From positions 112,182-176,181 of IMG/VR virus record IMGVR_UViG_3300043449_002450: DNA of 64,000 nt. One strand, given 5' to 3'. Each line of letters opens with the position of its first letter. The stretch's first letter is position 1. The position numbers and the translations under genes were made by a program. This document shows, piece by piece, positions 37,244 to 47,876 of this stretch. The notes under the pieces were generated by a model. That model saw only the letters and a list, made by a program, of their open reading frames with translations, had not been told where the DNA came from and ran no database searches. This DNA comes from a virus.

Positions 37244-37825
37244 GTGAACATCTTCGTCCTAGATAATGATCCCGTTCGTGCAGCGCAATATCACTGCGAT
37301 AAGCACATCTGCAAGATGATTCTTGAGAGCGCACAGATGCTATGCGCTGCGCACTGGATCGGCTGGCAGCGGATGCTCAATCCGCCTACCAAGCTTAAGC
37401 AGCGTGAGATGCAGGCCTGGCTACGTGAGAATGTGCACACCAGCCTACAGCCACCCTGGAAGATGACGCACGTCGGGCACCCATGCACTCAGTGGACACA
37501 GCGTGTGTGGGGAAATTACATGTGGCACAGCCGGCTTGGCCTAGCACTTTGTGAGGAATACACGCGCCGTTACGGCCGAGAGCATAAGTCTCTTGCCGTT
37601 CACCGCTGGCTAAATCGTCACATCCCACCCACCTTCGAGAGCACAGTTCCCGATCCCGTTGGAATGACACCTTTCGCAGTCTGCATGCCAGATGAATGTA
37701 AAGTGCCCGATGACCCTGTAGCATCTTACAGGATCTACTACAACCAGAAGAAGGTCAGGTTTGCCCGATGGGCACACTCAGAAAGGCCCACCTGGTTCAT
37801 CCAGGATCAGCAGGAGACAAAGTGA
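37244..37825 (+). CDS. Pyrimidine-dimer DNA glycosylase/DenV-related family protein
   Basis: MNIFVLD.DP..AA..HCDKH..KMILESAQML, HPC..W, EYT.RYG..H, MP..SYR.YY. Confidence 0.75.
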   Translation: MNIFVLDNDPVRAAQYHCDKHICKMILESAQMLCAAHWIGWQRMLNPPTKLKQREMQAWLRENVHTSLQPPWKMTHVGHPCTQWTQRVWGNYMWHSRLGLALCEEYTRRYGREHKSLAVHRWLNRHIPPTFESTVPDPVGMTPFAVCMPDECKVPDDPVASYRIYYNQKKVRFARWAHSERPTWFIQDQQETK

Positions 37826-39489
37826 GCGGTATCACCAAGGAGAAATGGGTCGGGTTCTTTCCTTTCAAGGAGCCACGTCCGGAGCAGGAGGAGGCGATCA
37901 ACTTCATCCTCCGGTCATTTCTAGAGGACGGCAAGCGTTTTGTGATCGCTGACCTTGGGACAGGCATCGGCAAGTCCGCGATCGGTGTGACTGTCGCACG
38001 CTATCTAAACGCGAACTCACCGCCCGTCGTCCTCCAGCAACCTCCCGGCGAGGAGCCTGTTCTCGATTGCAAGCCGGGTGCATGGTTCCTGACGACGCAA
38101 AAGATCCTCCAGGAGCAGTATCTAGACGACTTCGGCGGTGGCAAGGGCTGCATGCGCGACATCAAGTCAGCCTCCAACTACAAGTGCAGCTACTACAAGA
38201 AGCTCACATGCAGCGAGGGACAGGGGATGCTCCGGACTGCGGACAAGGCATCCAAGTTCTGGAAGTCTTGCATGTTCAACTGCAATTACAAGCTGCAGCG
38301 CAAGTCCTTCCTCGAGGCATCAGAATCTGTCACCAACTTTTCCTACGCGCTGACCGAGGCAAACTACAGCGGCAAGATCACGAAGCGGAATCTCATGGTT
38401 GTTGACGAGTGTCACAACGCCGAGAATGAGCTCTGCCGCTTCATCGAGGCATCGGTGTCCGACCGCTCTGCTGCAGCTTTGGGCCTCGAGTGGCCACAGA
38501 TCAACACATACGCTCAGGCGTTGAAATGGGTGAAGGAGACTTACCTGCCCGCAGCAAAGGTGGCAGCAGCTGACATGGAGCGGGATGCTGAGGACTTCAA
38601 GCAGTTGGAAGGCCATGAGAAGGAGTATGGTGACCTCGTCAAGCGGCTCGAGACCCTAAAGGGTCACGTTGTCAAGATCGACAGCTTCATCCAGTGCTCC
38701 GATCCTGAGAACTGGATCGTTGATATTCTCCCGCCTGTGGGCAAGGTGTCAGGTAAGATCACCTTCAAGCCCATCGACGTGAGCCCATACACAGAGCAGA
38801 ACCTGTTCCGGCTTGGCAAGCGAGTCCTCCTCATGTCGGCAACCGTGATCAACACTGAGGCATTCGCCGAGGCGCTGGGCATTCCAGAGGCAGATTATGC
38901 TGCGATCACGATGCCTACACCGTTCCCTGTCGCTAACCGCCCGATCTACTTCCACCCGATCGGGCGGATGACCGCAGACAACATCGATGACTCGCTACCC
39001 AAGGTAGCAGCAGCGCTGCGCGAGATCTTGAAGGAGCATAAGGCAGACAAGGGCATCATCCACTGCCACTCCTACAAGATCGTCTCCTACCTGCGGAAGC
39101 ACCTAAAGTCTGATCGGCTCATCTTCCATGACGCGCATGACCGTGATGAGGCGCTGGCGAAGCACATCGCCGACCCGAAGCCCACGGTGCTTGTGTCACC
39201 TAGCATGTCGGAGGGAGTCGACCTTCGTGACAACCTGGCGCGGTTCCAGATCCTTCTGAAGGTGCCCTATCCCTCTCTTGGTGACAAGATCGTGAAGAAG
39301 CGGATGCACCGCTGGAAGTGGTGGTATCCTCTCCAGACAGTGAAGACGATCGTCCAGTCTGTGGGCCGCGGAGTGCGATCTGAGACAGATCATGCTGTCA
39401 CATACATCCTCGATGCCGATTGGCAGCGGTTCTACGGCCAGAACCGCGACATGTTCCCAAAGGCCTTCCGTGACGCGGTGCAGAAGTGA
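37822..39489 (+). CDS. DinG/XPD-family SF2 helicase with Fe-S cysteines
   Basis: R.EQ, GTGIGKS, LQEQY, four Cys, VVDECH, MSAT, EGVD, KVPYP, Q..GR.VR..D; GTG 37822 with RBS AGGAG. Confidence 0.88.
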   Translation: MSGITKEKWVGFFPFKEPRPEQEEAINFILRSFLEDGKRFVIADLGTGIGKSAIGVTVARYLNANSPPVVLQQPPGEEPVLDCKPGAWFLTTQKILQEQYLDDFGGGKGCMRDIKSASNYKCSYYKKLTCSEGQGMLRTADKASKFWKSCMFNCNYKLQRKSFLEASESVTNFSYALTEANYSGKITKRNLMVVDECHNAENELCRFIEASVSDRSAAALGLEWPQINTYAQALKWVKETYLPAAKVAAADMERDAEDFKQLEGHEKEYGDLVKRLETLKGHVVKIDSFIQCSDPENWIVDILPPVGKVSGKITFKPIDVSPYTEQNLFRLGKRVLLMSATVINTEAFAEALGIPEADYAAITMPTPFPVANRPIYFHPIGRMTADNIDDSLPKVAAALREILKEHKADKGIIHCHSYKIVSYLRKHLKSDRLIFHDAHDRDEALAKHIADPKPTVLVSPSMSEGVDLRDNLARFQILLKVPYPSLGDKIVKKRMHRWKWWYPLQTVKTIVQSVGRGVRSETDHAVTYILDADWQRFYGQNRDMFPKAFRDAVQK

Positions 39490-39632
39490 TGATTAGGTGG
39501 GCATTCATCCTCATGAATGGGGTCATGGCAGGAATAAACATTCACCAGGCCAATTATATTTGGGTTGGGATCAATGTTGCCTGCGCGTCACTACTCATCA
39601 TCGGCGCCGGCGGATCTGACAAGAAGGAGTGA
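39489..39632 (+). CDS. Small membrane protein (47 aa, not in the ORF track)
   Basis: MIRWAFILMNGVMAG...VACASLLIIGAG; stop/start coupling at the 5' end, 2 nt before the next ATG. Confidence 0.55.
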   Translation: MIRWAFILMNGVMAGINIHQANYIWVGINVACASLLIIGAGGSDKKE

Positions 39633-39634
39633 TC

Positions 39635-40102
39635 ATGGCATGGATGACAGGAGCAGACACACCGACCGATTGGGATGCAGTCATTGAGGATGCTCGAGGC
39701 CACGCGGTCCGCGGCGGAGGAATATACGTTGGCTGTGACAGCCATTATGCATCTGGAACTTGCACCTATGTCGTCGCCGTCTGCCTCCACGGCGCTGCGG
39801 ACCAACAAGGTGGTAGATACTACTTCCTTCGTGACAAGGTCCCGATGCCTGGCGGAAAGGCGATGATGTGGCTCAGGATCACTGAAGAGGCCAATCGTGC
39901 GGTTTCTGTCGCGATGACATTGATGGGCTCTGTCCCTGATGCGAGGATCGAGGTCCACCTTGACGTCTCATCTGACAGGAAGCACGCATCAGGCGCGTTA
40001 TCTGAGTCACTATCGGGATATGCAAGAGCAGCTGGGTTCGTGTGCAGGGTTAAGCCCGCGGGATGGGCTGCAACGTCTATCGCAGATGGGCACACTCGCT
40101 AG
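39635..40102 (+). CDS. RNase H-like YkuK/DUF458 family protein
   Basis: IYVGCDS, E...V..A, EVHLDV, VKP..WAATSIAD. Confidence 0.8.
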   Translation: MAWMTGADTPTDWDAVIEDARGHAVRGGGIYVGCDSHYASGTCTYVVAVCLHGAADQQGGRYYFLRDKVPMPGGKAMMWLRITEEANRAVSVAMTLMGSVPDARIEVHLDVSSDRKHASGALSESLSGYARAAGFVCRVKPAGWAATSIADGHTR

Positions 40103-40989
40103 ACTGCTGTAGGACGACCTGATGTGTCCGGTCTACGCTTGAGCTTTCCTTCTGTCTCAAAGCGCTCTGCTAGGACTTGTCTCGCACAATCGATCATCGG
40201 CGTTTGTATTGTCCCAATTTTAATAGGACCAACCATCATGTCTTTAACATCATACTCAGGAACTTTAATTGATTCGAACGATTTGCGAATTTTCTCAATC
40301 TGCGCAGAAGATGCCTTATCTGCTTGCTCAATTGCCTCCATGGCTTCGATAGCACGCAACATTTTCCTACCGGACTCAGCTTCAGCCGCATATTCTCCGA
40401 TAAGCGTCTGGTTCCTAAATAGTAAATCTATTGACAATATACTCAAAGATTCTTTTACAATCCACCCGAGAATCGTTGGTGCTTGATCTAAGCAGGCCTT
40501 GATTGAAATCCATATCTTTTCGAGTGTTGTCATAGATGACGCCAGACCAAGCTCGACGTTAAGTGGGTTTGTCATCCACATGGTGAGACGATATATGATT
40601 AGATCAACTAAGATCTCACAAAGAAGTGCTGTTGTCTTTTGATGCTTCTCTTTGTCTGATGCGACAGGCGACATGTTGACAACTATGATCTTGTAAGATT
40701 TTGATAAGATTTGAACAGCCGTTGTTCCTTGCGCAATTGTGCGCAAGACGCCAGAGAGCCGTGATAAAGCGGGCCAAGACAGCGACGCTGCTCCAGCTGC
40801 CTCGAGAGCAATTACGCCACCCACCCACATCGCTATAAGCGTGTCAGTGTCATATGTAATGATGTCATCACACGGTCCTGGCGCATTAGCTGTTGGAATG
40901 AAGATCAACGGAAGCATTGAAAATTCATTTATAGCGCCGCTAGATTGCACGGTCTCGCGTATAAAGTGTCTAAGCGTTCTTAGCTGCAT
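40099..40989 (-). CDS. Tagged hypothetical protein with hydrophobic segments (only clear minus-strand gene)
   Basis: MQLRTLRHFIRETV..INE; RBS AAGGA; divergent from 41048. Confidence 0.72.
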   Translation of the reverse strand: MQLRTLRHFIRETVQSSGAINEFSMLPLIFIPTANAPGPCDDIITYDTDTLIAMWVGGVIALEAAGAASLSWPALSRLSGVLRTIAQGTTAVQILSKSYKIIVVNMSPVASDKEKHQKTTALLCEILVDLIIYRLTMWMTNPLNVELGLASSMTTLEKIWISIKACLDQAPTILGWIVKESLSILSIDLLFRNQTLIGEYAAEAESGRKMLRAIEAMEAIEQADKASSAQIEKIRKSFESIKVPEYDVKDMMVGPIKIGTIQTPMIDCARQVLAERFETEGKLKRRPDTSGRPTAV

Positions 40990-41047
40990 ATAATCTTCAT
41001 CCTTGATGCGTAAGATCGATAATACATATTAGCTGGAAGGCAAAGAT

Positions 41048-43477
41048 ATGAAAGTTCTAATTTCTGAGGTAGCGCTAAGGCGTGCAATTGCGAAAATGTT
41101 GCTAGAAGCTCGCCAGACCGTAAATTTCTTAGAACGCATGGATGAAAAAGCTGTAGCAGCAGTAAAAAATGATGTTATACAGTTTCTTAACATCGTTTTT
41201 CTCAATATCGATGATGCTGAAACGCATACTGATAATCCATTAGCATCCGCCGAAATGTTTGGCACGAGCTACAATGTCACGCTTGGCGAATTAAATATTG
41301 ATAGTCTTAATGGCGATGATCTAAATACTATTTATACGGGCTATCTGGCTGTAAAGTTTGGATCATACGTAAAGACGCCAGGTGGTGCCACTGTGCCCAT
41401 CTATGACCTAGTCGGTGAACTTGACGGTGTCATGATATCTCTGGGTTATGGACAAAATCTTTCTATAAAAGATCTCAACCGGTTCACTCTAAACCTAACA
41501 CGTGGCGGACCGTTGACAGCGCAATCCGATGATCCGAGCGTTGCGAAATCGCGCGACCCAAGTGCAGAGACAGGAACTGCAACGTATTACTCAGAGGAGC
41601 CTGAACCAGGGGAGCCGGAGTCGGGTCGTGAGTCTACAGTTGCAATATCAGATCTAATAGACACGCTTGTGAAAGGCTCTAATGTGACCGGCAACATCCA
41701 AGAGTTTCTTGGAAAGTATCGAGCCGAGCAGGTTACACCACTAGCAGACAGCCTTTCAATTATTGTCGATGCTATGGCATCTGCGGGACCTATAAAGGGC
41801 CTCACATCAATCTTTACTGTTGATATTTTGAACCCAACTGAGCTCGAAGACGTTGCAAATGAGCTATTAAAATCCTATAAGTCACCTGTGACGCTAGCTG
41901 CAACAGCTGCACGTCCCCCAAGCGTTGCAGCATACTCGCTTGTTGACGCGTGCAATTTAAGCTACGGTGATGAGAAATCTGGCCTCAAAGAATTTGCGGG
42001 TCTCTTCTTGGTCTCTCTTGTATTGAATTCAATCTTAATTGCCAGGGGCGTGGGCGTGAGCAATCCAGCATTTTCAGGCGCTGAGAAGCGCCTCAGAAGG
42101 TTAACACGCAATGTAGAAGAGCTGGATGTAAAACTTGCTACACTTAAAGGCACGCCCCAATATGAAAGGTTTATGGCAGTCAAGAAAGAATTGGAGGCTA
42201 TAAAGCTCGAAGCTGAGAAGGCTGTGAGCGACCTAAAGACATCTAAAGAAATTGCTACGTCCTCGCCAGACGCCAGAAAATTTATAACACCTAGCTCTAA
42301 TCTCGATAGCGACGTAATCGATCTAAAACAAAAAGTAGCTGACAAGGCGTTAAATCTAGCCAGAGACAAGCAGGCAATGAGTGCATATCTCGAAGATTAC
42401 TCGGCCTACAGACAAGCACTCATTGATGAGCAGGAAAAGATTAGAAAGTCATATGACGCTGCAAAAACAGCGCTTGAGGCTCGCGCCACGAGAAAGTATG
42501 AGTCCGATTTGGCACTATATAATCAGGCAAACAAGAGCACAAAAGGCAGATCAACTGTTCCAGTTCCCTCGTTACCAGCAGATCCGACGCCAGATGAAAT
42601 CATCAGTCGAGCGCTGGGCACCACTGATCCCGCGCGCATCGCTGAGTTTAGGCGCGTCCTAGATATCAGCATACCTCCAGCAAAGCCGCCGCCAACGTCA
42701 ACATCGTTGCCCACCACAGCCCGCGCGCCCAGGTCGCCTGTGAAGCCACCCCTTGCAGTTGGCGATCCAAGCACACCTGAATTTGAGGCGTGGGTCAAAA
42801 ATGTCGAGACCTTCAAGCAGAAAATTGATGATATTGAGACACTTGAAACACTTGTTGCACGCAAGAGAGCAGAAGTCAGCAGAACTGAGGGGAGAATTCC
42901 TACCAATGTTGATGCTGAGCTTCGAGGCATAGAAGCTGATATTGAGGACGCCAAAACCATAGTTGATAGATTCAAAAAGCAGAAAGCATCTCTTGAAGAT
43001 GGCATGCCTGATACAGGAGAAACAACGAGCCAGTGGGTGGCACGCGCCGTGGACGACTTTACCCAAATTCATGGAATTGGCTCCCTGCTAGGTAAATTTG
43101 TTACCATGGTAGCATTAACTGAGGTTGCAGCAATCGCGGTAGCAGCTATCTATAGATCTTTCTCCACGTGGTCGCCAGATGAGCAGCTTATCTCGCAGTG
43201 TCTTGATAGAGGTTTCACTCAATACGCAGGCGGCCAAGCCAATTTTAAGCCAAGCGCGTCTATGAACAAACTAGAGAGCATGGCTGCTGATGTATACTCA
43301 TCGGGCACGATAGCTCGAGCACGACTCGATTGGTTCAACACAAAAGAAGAGGAGCAGGCCTACTACGCCCTAGCGAGGGCGGTCGCGAAGTTTGCAAGTG
43401 AAGCAGTGTCACCCAGCGGTGCAACATCAACCGCTGCGGCTTCGCTCCAGACAGCACTCGACAAGGTGAAAGCATGA
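41048..43477 (+). CDS. Large tagged protein with coiled coils and hydrophobic segments
   Basis: ISEVALRRAIAKMLLEA tag; ATACATA 41022. Confidence 0.78.
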   Translation: MKVLISEVALRRAIAKMLLEARQTVNFLERMDEKAVAAVKNDVIQFLNIVFLNIDDAETHTDNPLASAEMFGTSYNVTLGELNIDSLNGDDLNTIYTGYLAVKFGSYVKTPGGATVPIYDLVGELDGVMISLGYGQNLSIKDLNRFTLNLTRGGPLTAQSDDPSVAKSRDPSAETGTATYYSEEPEPGEPESGRESTVAISDLIDTLVKGSNVTGNIQEFLGKYRAEQVTPLADSLSIIVDAMASAGPIKGLTSIFTVDILNPTELEDVANELLKSYKSPVTLAATAARPPSVAAYSLVDACNLSYGDEKSGLKEFAGLFLVSLVLNSILIARGVGVSNPAFSGAEKRLRRLTRNVEELDVKLATLKGTPQYERFMAVKKELEAIKLEAEKAVSDLKTSKEIATSSPDARKFITPSSNLDSDVIDLKQKVADKALNLARDKQAMSAYLEDYSAYRQALIDEQEKIRKSYDAAKTALEARATRKYESDLALYNQANKSTKGRSTVPVPSLPADPTPDEIISRALGTTDPARIAEFRRVLDISIPPAKPPPTSTSLPTTARAPRSPVKPPLAVGDPSTPEFEAWVKNVETFKQKIDDIETLETLVARKRAEVSRTEGRIPTNVDAELRGIEADIEDAKTIVDRFKKQKASLEDGMPDTGETTSQWVARAVDDFTQIHGIGSLLGKFVTMVALTEVAAIAVAAIYRSFSTWSPDEQLISQCLDRGFTQYAGGQANFKPSASMNKLESMAADVYSSGTIARARLDWFNTKEEEQAYYALARAVAKFASEAVSPSGATSTAAASLQTALDKVKA

Positions 43478-45822
43478 TCAATCCTCATCTGGAATCGCTT
43501 CAAGAGCTGCGTGGCATCATTAGATCACTTCTACTGGAAGGAGCGCCACCGCCAGAGACTTTCACAAGAAAAAGTGACAGCACGACCTTTGCTAAGGCGT
43601 CAGGACCGGATGTTGGTAATCCCAGAAAGCCTTACAAGTATACGGGCACCCCTAGGGGTGGCAAAGAGGAAACTCTCACATTCACTGATAATGCGGATGC
43701 CAACGCTAAGATTGCAAAACTGACGGGCACTGCTGCACCCGCCGCTGCGCCTGGTGCTAAAAAGAGTGACAAAGCAGATGGCAAAGTCGCAAGTCTTGAC
43801 AGCAGCGTAAGTTTTGAAAAGTTGAACAGAACGCTTGTCACGTATCACGACAAAAATGGTCTGCAACTTGGACCAGCTGGGTATAACGGCAAAGTCATCA
43901 ATGCCGACAAAATACCCACCGAGATGACAGCCAAGCCAAACATCGCTTCTGCAGCGACTGTCGCCTACCTGATCAGCGTGTGCGAGAGCTTACAGGCCAA
44001 AGTCAACGAGGCAAAGTCACAACAAGATAAGGAGAGCTTCTTCACACGTTGGAAAAATCGAAAGCAGCGCTCTGCACAAATTAGCAGCATTGATCAGCTA
44101 TATGACGAGACTGCTTGGAAAGCGCTTATCACATCGCTCAAGAATAGCGATTCACGCCCGTCCGGCATCACACCAGTGCTTGTTACATACATCAACGCCG
44201 TCAAAGATGATGTCTCCCAAGATCCCGACGGTTTCGCAAGATACATCAGCGACCTTGCATCAGCTTTGCAGACGCCCGGTGCGGATGCCGTGGCGGTCTC
44301 ATCAGGTGCCGCCCCAACGCCGGCACCAGCTGCTACTGGCGGTGACATGTCTGATCTTGCTCCGCTCAAAGCTTTCCTCACGGGCAAGGATTCTATCACG
44401 GGTGTCAAAGGCCAGATTGATGATAAAAATGTCGTTACTGCTCTAGTTGGGTTCATAAACAAAACCCTTGCAACTTCACCAACAGATCGCAGCTTCACAG
44501 ATTCGTCATCGACAAATGAGCTCATCATGAGTGCTCTCAACGGATTGCAGTCTGCAAAGAAGACTTCTGATCTTAACGCGTGGAAGGGCATAAAACACTT
44601 GGGCCAGGAGTTCCCAGGAACAGCAGCAGGCCTCGTCCAGTTCCTCAAGTTCTCCTATATAATGCGTGCAGGAGACACAGCGCAAGCAGCCGCGTCCGCA
44701 ATGGGTTATGCTGATCCTAGCAGCATCTACACGCCTCAAGACGCGGATTCCGCCTTCAAGGCAGCGCGGATTGTGGGCGCACTGTCACCTGTCGCATACA
44801 TGACGATCAAGGGTCCCGATGGCAAGATACCCAAGGACGCACGTCTCGTGATTAGCAAGCAGCGCGTAGGGACAACAACCGCAGAGCTGCAGAACCTTCC
44901 AGGCACAGGGCGCGACGTCTTTGTAACAACTTTCACCGCAGACTATCCCGATGGCGCAGCGCTTGTCTTCGGTAAGACTAAGGGACAATCTGGCAACGCC
45001 ATAGTTGACTATGATGGTCCTACATCAAAGACGATTGTAGACGCAGGAATGGAGCAGGGCATTGTTCTCACATTGCAGATTGGTGACAATGTCTATGTGA
45101 AGGAGGGCGCGCAGTTCACATTAGGCAGCGTCATAACTTTTACAGCGGGTGACATAAAGGGCGCAGGGTCCGCGTCTGCTGCAGGACCTGACTTCGTCGA
45201 TCTCGCAGGCATGCCAGCGGGCGTCACTGATGTCAGAGGTGTCTCGCAGGAAGGACCGATCCAGTTCAAGTTCCGCAACATCTACCCCGACCGTGAGGGG
45301 CGACTGCAGGCGGGCGACATCGATGCGACGCTTGACAAGAAGGTCTCGATGAACCGTGATAGGTTCACGATTAGTGTCACTCCGGCGAACAACGATCCCT
45401 CCTCGTTCATCCTCGTCCCCGTCCCAATCAAGCAGAGTCTCCAGGAGGGAGCGCACTGGACCCTCAAGCTGCTTGACACAGGCGCCTCAAAGAAGCAGAG
45501 CGTTGTCCTAGTTCCTCTCACCGCGATCGAATACAACTTCAAGGGGAATAAGATCGGCTACGGTGAATCCTATGACAACCTGACGACAGTCAGCATCACA
45601 CCCTACGAGGGCGCGCTCGGCGCGGATGAAGGTCTCAACGTCAAGACAGTGGGGCAGGTGCTCCAGGATCCTGAGCTTGAGCTCACTCAAGATGACATAG
45701 ATGCGGCCGTGCGCAACTATCTTGTGTCAGACAAGAACCCGATCGGCGGTCCCATGCTGTCATCTGGCCCGCTTCACAACACGATGAACACATATCGTCG
45801 CGCCACCCGGGTCACATTCTAG
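43474..45822 (+). CDS. Large tagged Ala/Gly/Thr-rich protein
   Basis: LQELRGIIRSLLLEG tag; ATGA coupling. Confidence 0.78.
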   Translation: MINPHLESLQELRGIIRSLLLEGAPPPETFTRKSDSTTFAKASGPDVGNPRKPYKYTGTPRGGKEETLTFTDNADANAKIAKLTGTAAPAAAPGAKKSDKADGKVASLDSSVSFEKLNRTLVTYHDKNGLQLGPAGYNGKVINADKIPTEMTAKPNIASAATVAYLISVCESLQAKVNEAKSQQDKESFFTRWKNRKQRSAQISSIDQLYDETAWKALITSLKNSDSRPSGITPVLVTYINAVKDDVSQDPDGFARYISDLASALQTPGADAVAVSSGAAPTPAPAATGGDMSDLAPLKAFLTGKDSITGVKGQIDDKNVVTALVGFINKTLATSPTDRSFTDSSSTNELIMSALNGLQSAKKTSDLNAWKGIKHLGQEFPGTAAGLVQFLKFSYIMRAGDTAQAAASAMGYADPSSIYTPQDADSAFKAARIVGALSPVAYMTIKGPDGKIPKDARLVISKQRVGTTTAELQNLPGTGRDVFVTTFTADYPDGAALVFGKTKGQSGNAIVDYDGPTSKTIVDAGMEQGIVLTLQIGDNVYVKEGAQFTLGSVITFTAGDIKGAGSASAAGPDFVDLAGMPAGVTDVRGVSQEGPIQFKFRNIYPDREGRLQAGDIDATLDKKVSMNRDRFTISVTPANNDPSSFILVPVPIKQSLQEGAHWTLKLLDTGASKKQSVVLVPLTAIEYNFKGNKIGYGESYDNLTTVSITPYEGALGADEGLNVKTVGQVLQDPELELTQDDIDAAVRNYLVSDKNPIGGPMLSSGPLHNTMNTYRRATRVTF

Positions 45823-45901
45823 GGGGGCACACGATAAATCGAACGGGACCTACCAGAAGCTGGCTGGGTCAACTCGAAAGAAATAATGGGTAGATAAACA
45901 C

Positions 45902-46183
45902 TTGTCGAGAAAAACGCAACACGCATCATCTGGGGCAGCATGGTGGCTTTACATCGTCGAGTGCGCTGATGGAAGCTTATACACTGGTGTGACGACCGAC
46001 GTCAGCCGCAGGATCGCGGAGCACAACGGAAGCTCGCGCGGTGCCAGATACACGAGGAGCAGGCGCCCTGTCACTCTTCGTTACATGCAGCCCTGCATCG
46101 ATCGATCCGACGCCCAGAAGCACGAGGCGAGGATCAAGCGACTTAGCAGGGCGGATAAGCTTCGCCTGCTGGAGAAAATATGA
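45902..46183 (+). CDS. GIY-YIG nuclease (UPF0213/YhbQ-like)
   Basis: LYIVECADGSLYTGVTTD..RR..EHN..GARYT..RRPV.L..A.K.E..IK. Confidence 0.9.
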   Translation: MSRKTQHASSGAAWWLYIVECADGSLYTGVTTDVSRRIAEHNGSSRGARYTRSRRPVTLRYMQPCIDRSDAQKHEARIKRLSRADKLRLLEKI

Positions 46184-46473
46184 CGCGCACGATCCGACGC
46201 TCGGCTATCAGAGACCTTCCGCCCACAGCTGACAGCCCGCAGGCGCCTCCCGCGGTCACATCGACGCCAACGCAGGGCGCGCGCATCAAGGTGAAAACAT
46301 TCAGCGGCGTGACTATTGACGCTGTCATCCGCGACGTCCGCAATGTGGGTGATGGCTGGATCGCGACAGCACGGATGACCGATCATATGCAGCTCGCCCT
46401 CCTCCGCCGTGCGGGTGTCCCCGCTCACGCCATCGATGAGGACTTTACCGTCTTTGACTGGCAGGTCATCTGA
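46180..46473 (+). CDS. Hypothetical protein
   Basis: ATGA coupling, RBS GGAG. Confidence 0.6.
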   Translation: MTRTIRRSAIRDLPPTADSPQAPPAVTSTPTQGARIKVKTFSGVTIDAVIRDVRNVGDGWIATARMTDHMQLALLRRAGVPAHAIDEDFTVFDWQVI

Positions 46474-46492
46474 CAAAGAGATAGTTATGCAC

Positions 46493-47008
46493 ATGGAAAA
46501 CATCGTCACAATCAAGATCGAGCAGAGCGGAGACCAGGTCCTTCACGAGTTCTACTTCTCCTACATTGCCTACCTCAGGGCAGCATACGTCTGGTTCCAC
46601 TCAGCGCACCACGCGACACGCGGCGTCTCATTCTCGGGTGATCACACATCTCTCTACACGAAGATCTATGAGTTCTTCGAGGCGGAGATCGATGGTGTCA
46701 TCGAGAAGGGTGTCGCGCAGGTGGGCATGGAGCTTGTCTGTCCGAAAGAGCAGCTCGCTGCAGCGGCACAGATTGTCTGCTGCTATCCCTCACCCGCCAC
46801 CGTGTCTCCCACCGCCATCGCGGCAACGGGCCTTTGCTTCGTCAAGGACATCGTCGAGTTCATCGAGGAGCAATTTAAGTGTCTGGAGGACAAGGGCTGC
46901 CTCAGCCTTGGGCTCAATGACATGCTAGCCGCACACGCCAATGGGATCGAGACCTTCATCTATCTGCTCAAGCAGCGGACAGCTGTTGAGATGGAAGGCA
47001 ACCTTTAA
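46493..47008 (+). CDS. Dps/ferritin-like protein
   Basis: H..H....G..F..DH..LY..IY......D...E; ATAGTTA 46481. Confidence 0.7.
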   Translation: MENIVTIKIEQSGDQVLHEFYFSYIAYLRAAYVWFHSAHHATRGVSFSGDHTSLYTKIYEFFEAEIDGVIEKGVAQVGMELVCPKEQLAAAAQIVCCYPSPATVSPTAIAATGLCFVKDIVEFIEEQFKCLEDKGCLSLGLNDMLAAHANGIETFIYLLKQRTAVEMEGNL

Positions 47009-47037
47009 TCTCGGCATGCACGCTGTAGAATGGATGC

Positions 47038-47532
47038 ATGAGCATATTCACACATCCAAAACACTTAGTTGAGGCAGCAGCAGCTGACGGTCCCTGGCCC
47101 GATCGTGGCTGTGTAGTCACCTCCGGCGGCTTTGACCCAATGCACGTGGGTCACCTTCGCTGCATCCTAGAATCGGCTGACCTTGCACAGCGTTCTGGCA
47201 TGCCGCTTATCGTCATCGTCAACGGCGACGGATTCTTGCACAGGAAGAAGGGTTACGCCTTCATGCCTCACGAGGAGCGCATGGAGATAATCGCAGGAAT
47301 CCGCGGTGTCGATCATGTCGTGGGCTGGGATGACGGCAGCCAGTTCGTCACAGAAGCGCTCCGCATCCTGCGCCCTGCCTTCTTCACGAAGGGCGGAGAT
47401 CGTGACACAGCAGCGAATGTCCCGGAGTTCGACCTTTGTAATGCGATCCGCTGCACCGTATTATTTGGTGTCGGCGGCGGCAAGATCCAATCATCTTCGG
47501 ATCTTGTCCGCGCCATTAAGGAGCACCGATGA
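47038..47532 (+). CDS. Cytidylyl/adenylyltransferase (TagD/RfaE-like)
   Basis: SGGFDPMHVGH, VN.D..L..KKG, ER.EI, KGGDR, K.QSSS. Confidence 0.9.
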   Translation: MSIFTHPKHLVEAAAADGPWPDRGCVVTSGGFDPMHVGHLRCILESADLAQRSGMPLIVIVNGDGFLHRKKGYAFMPHEERMEIIAGIRGVDHVVGWDDGSQFVTEALRILRPAFFTKGGDRDTAANVPEFDLCNAIRCTVLFGVGGGKIQSSSDLVRAIKEHR

Positions 47533-47876
47533 GGATCGTCAAGAAGCCGTGGGGCCATGAGGAGATTTGGGCAGAGACCGACAAGTATCTGGGTAAGATC
47601 CTCTACATCAATGCCGGAAAGCGTCTATCTCTTCAATATCACGAGCGCAAGGTTGAGACAATCCGAGTCCTCCAGGGCAAGCTAATGCTTGTCATCCAAG
47701 AGGGGCGAGATGGTCCCATCTACAATAAGACCTTGTCTGAGGGTGAGACATACCATGTCGCGCAGGGCACGATCCACAGGTTCTGTGCGGGCGATGCAGA
47801 TGTCTCGATCGTCGAGGTCTCCACGCCCGAGATAGATGATGTCGTCAGGCTGGAGGATGACTATGCAAGGAACTAA
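47529..47876 (+). CDS. Cupin (mannose-6-phosphate isomerase type II C-terminal-like)
   Basis: KPWG, LSLQYH..K.E, HR, EVST..DDVVRLEDDY.R. Confidence 0.85.
   Translation: MRIVKKPWGHEEIWAETDKYLGKILYINAGKRLSLQYHERKVETIRVLQGKLMLVIQEGRDGPIYNKTLSEGETYHVAQGTIHRFCAGDADVSIVEVSTPEIDDVVRLEDDYARN

Noticed and set aside
45902-46183. GIY-YIG protein as a homing endonuclease or mobile element
   Set aside because: It is 93 aa, catalytic domain only (YhbQ-like), with no DNA-binding tail and not inside an intron
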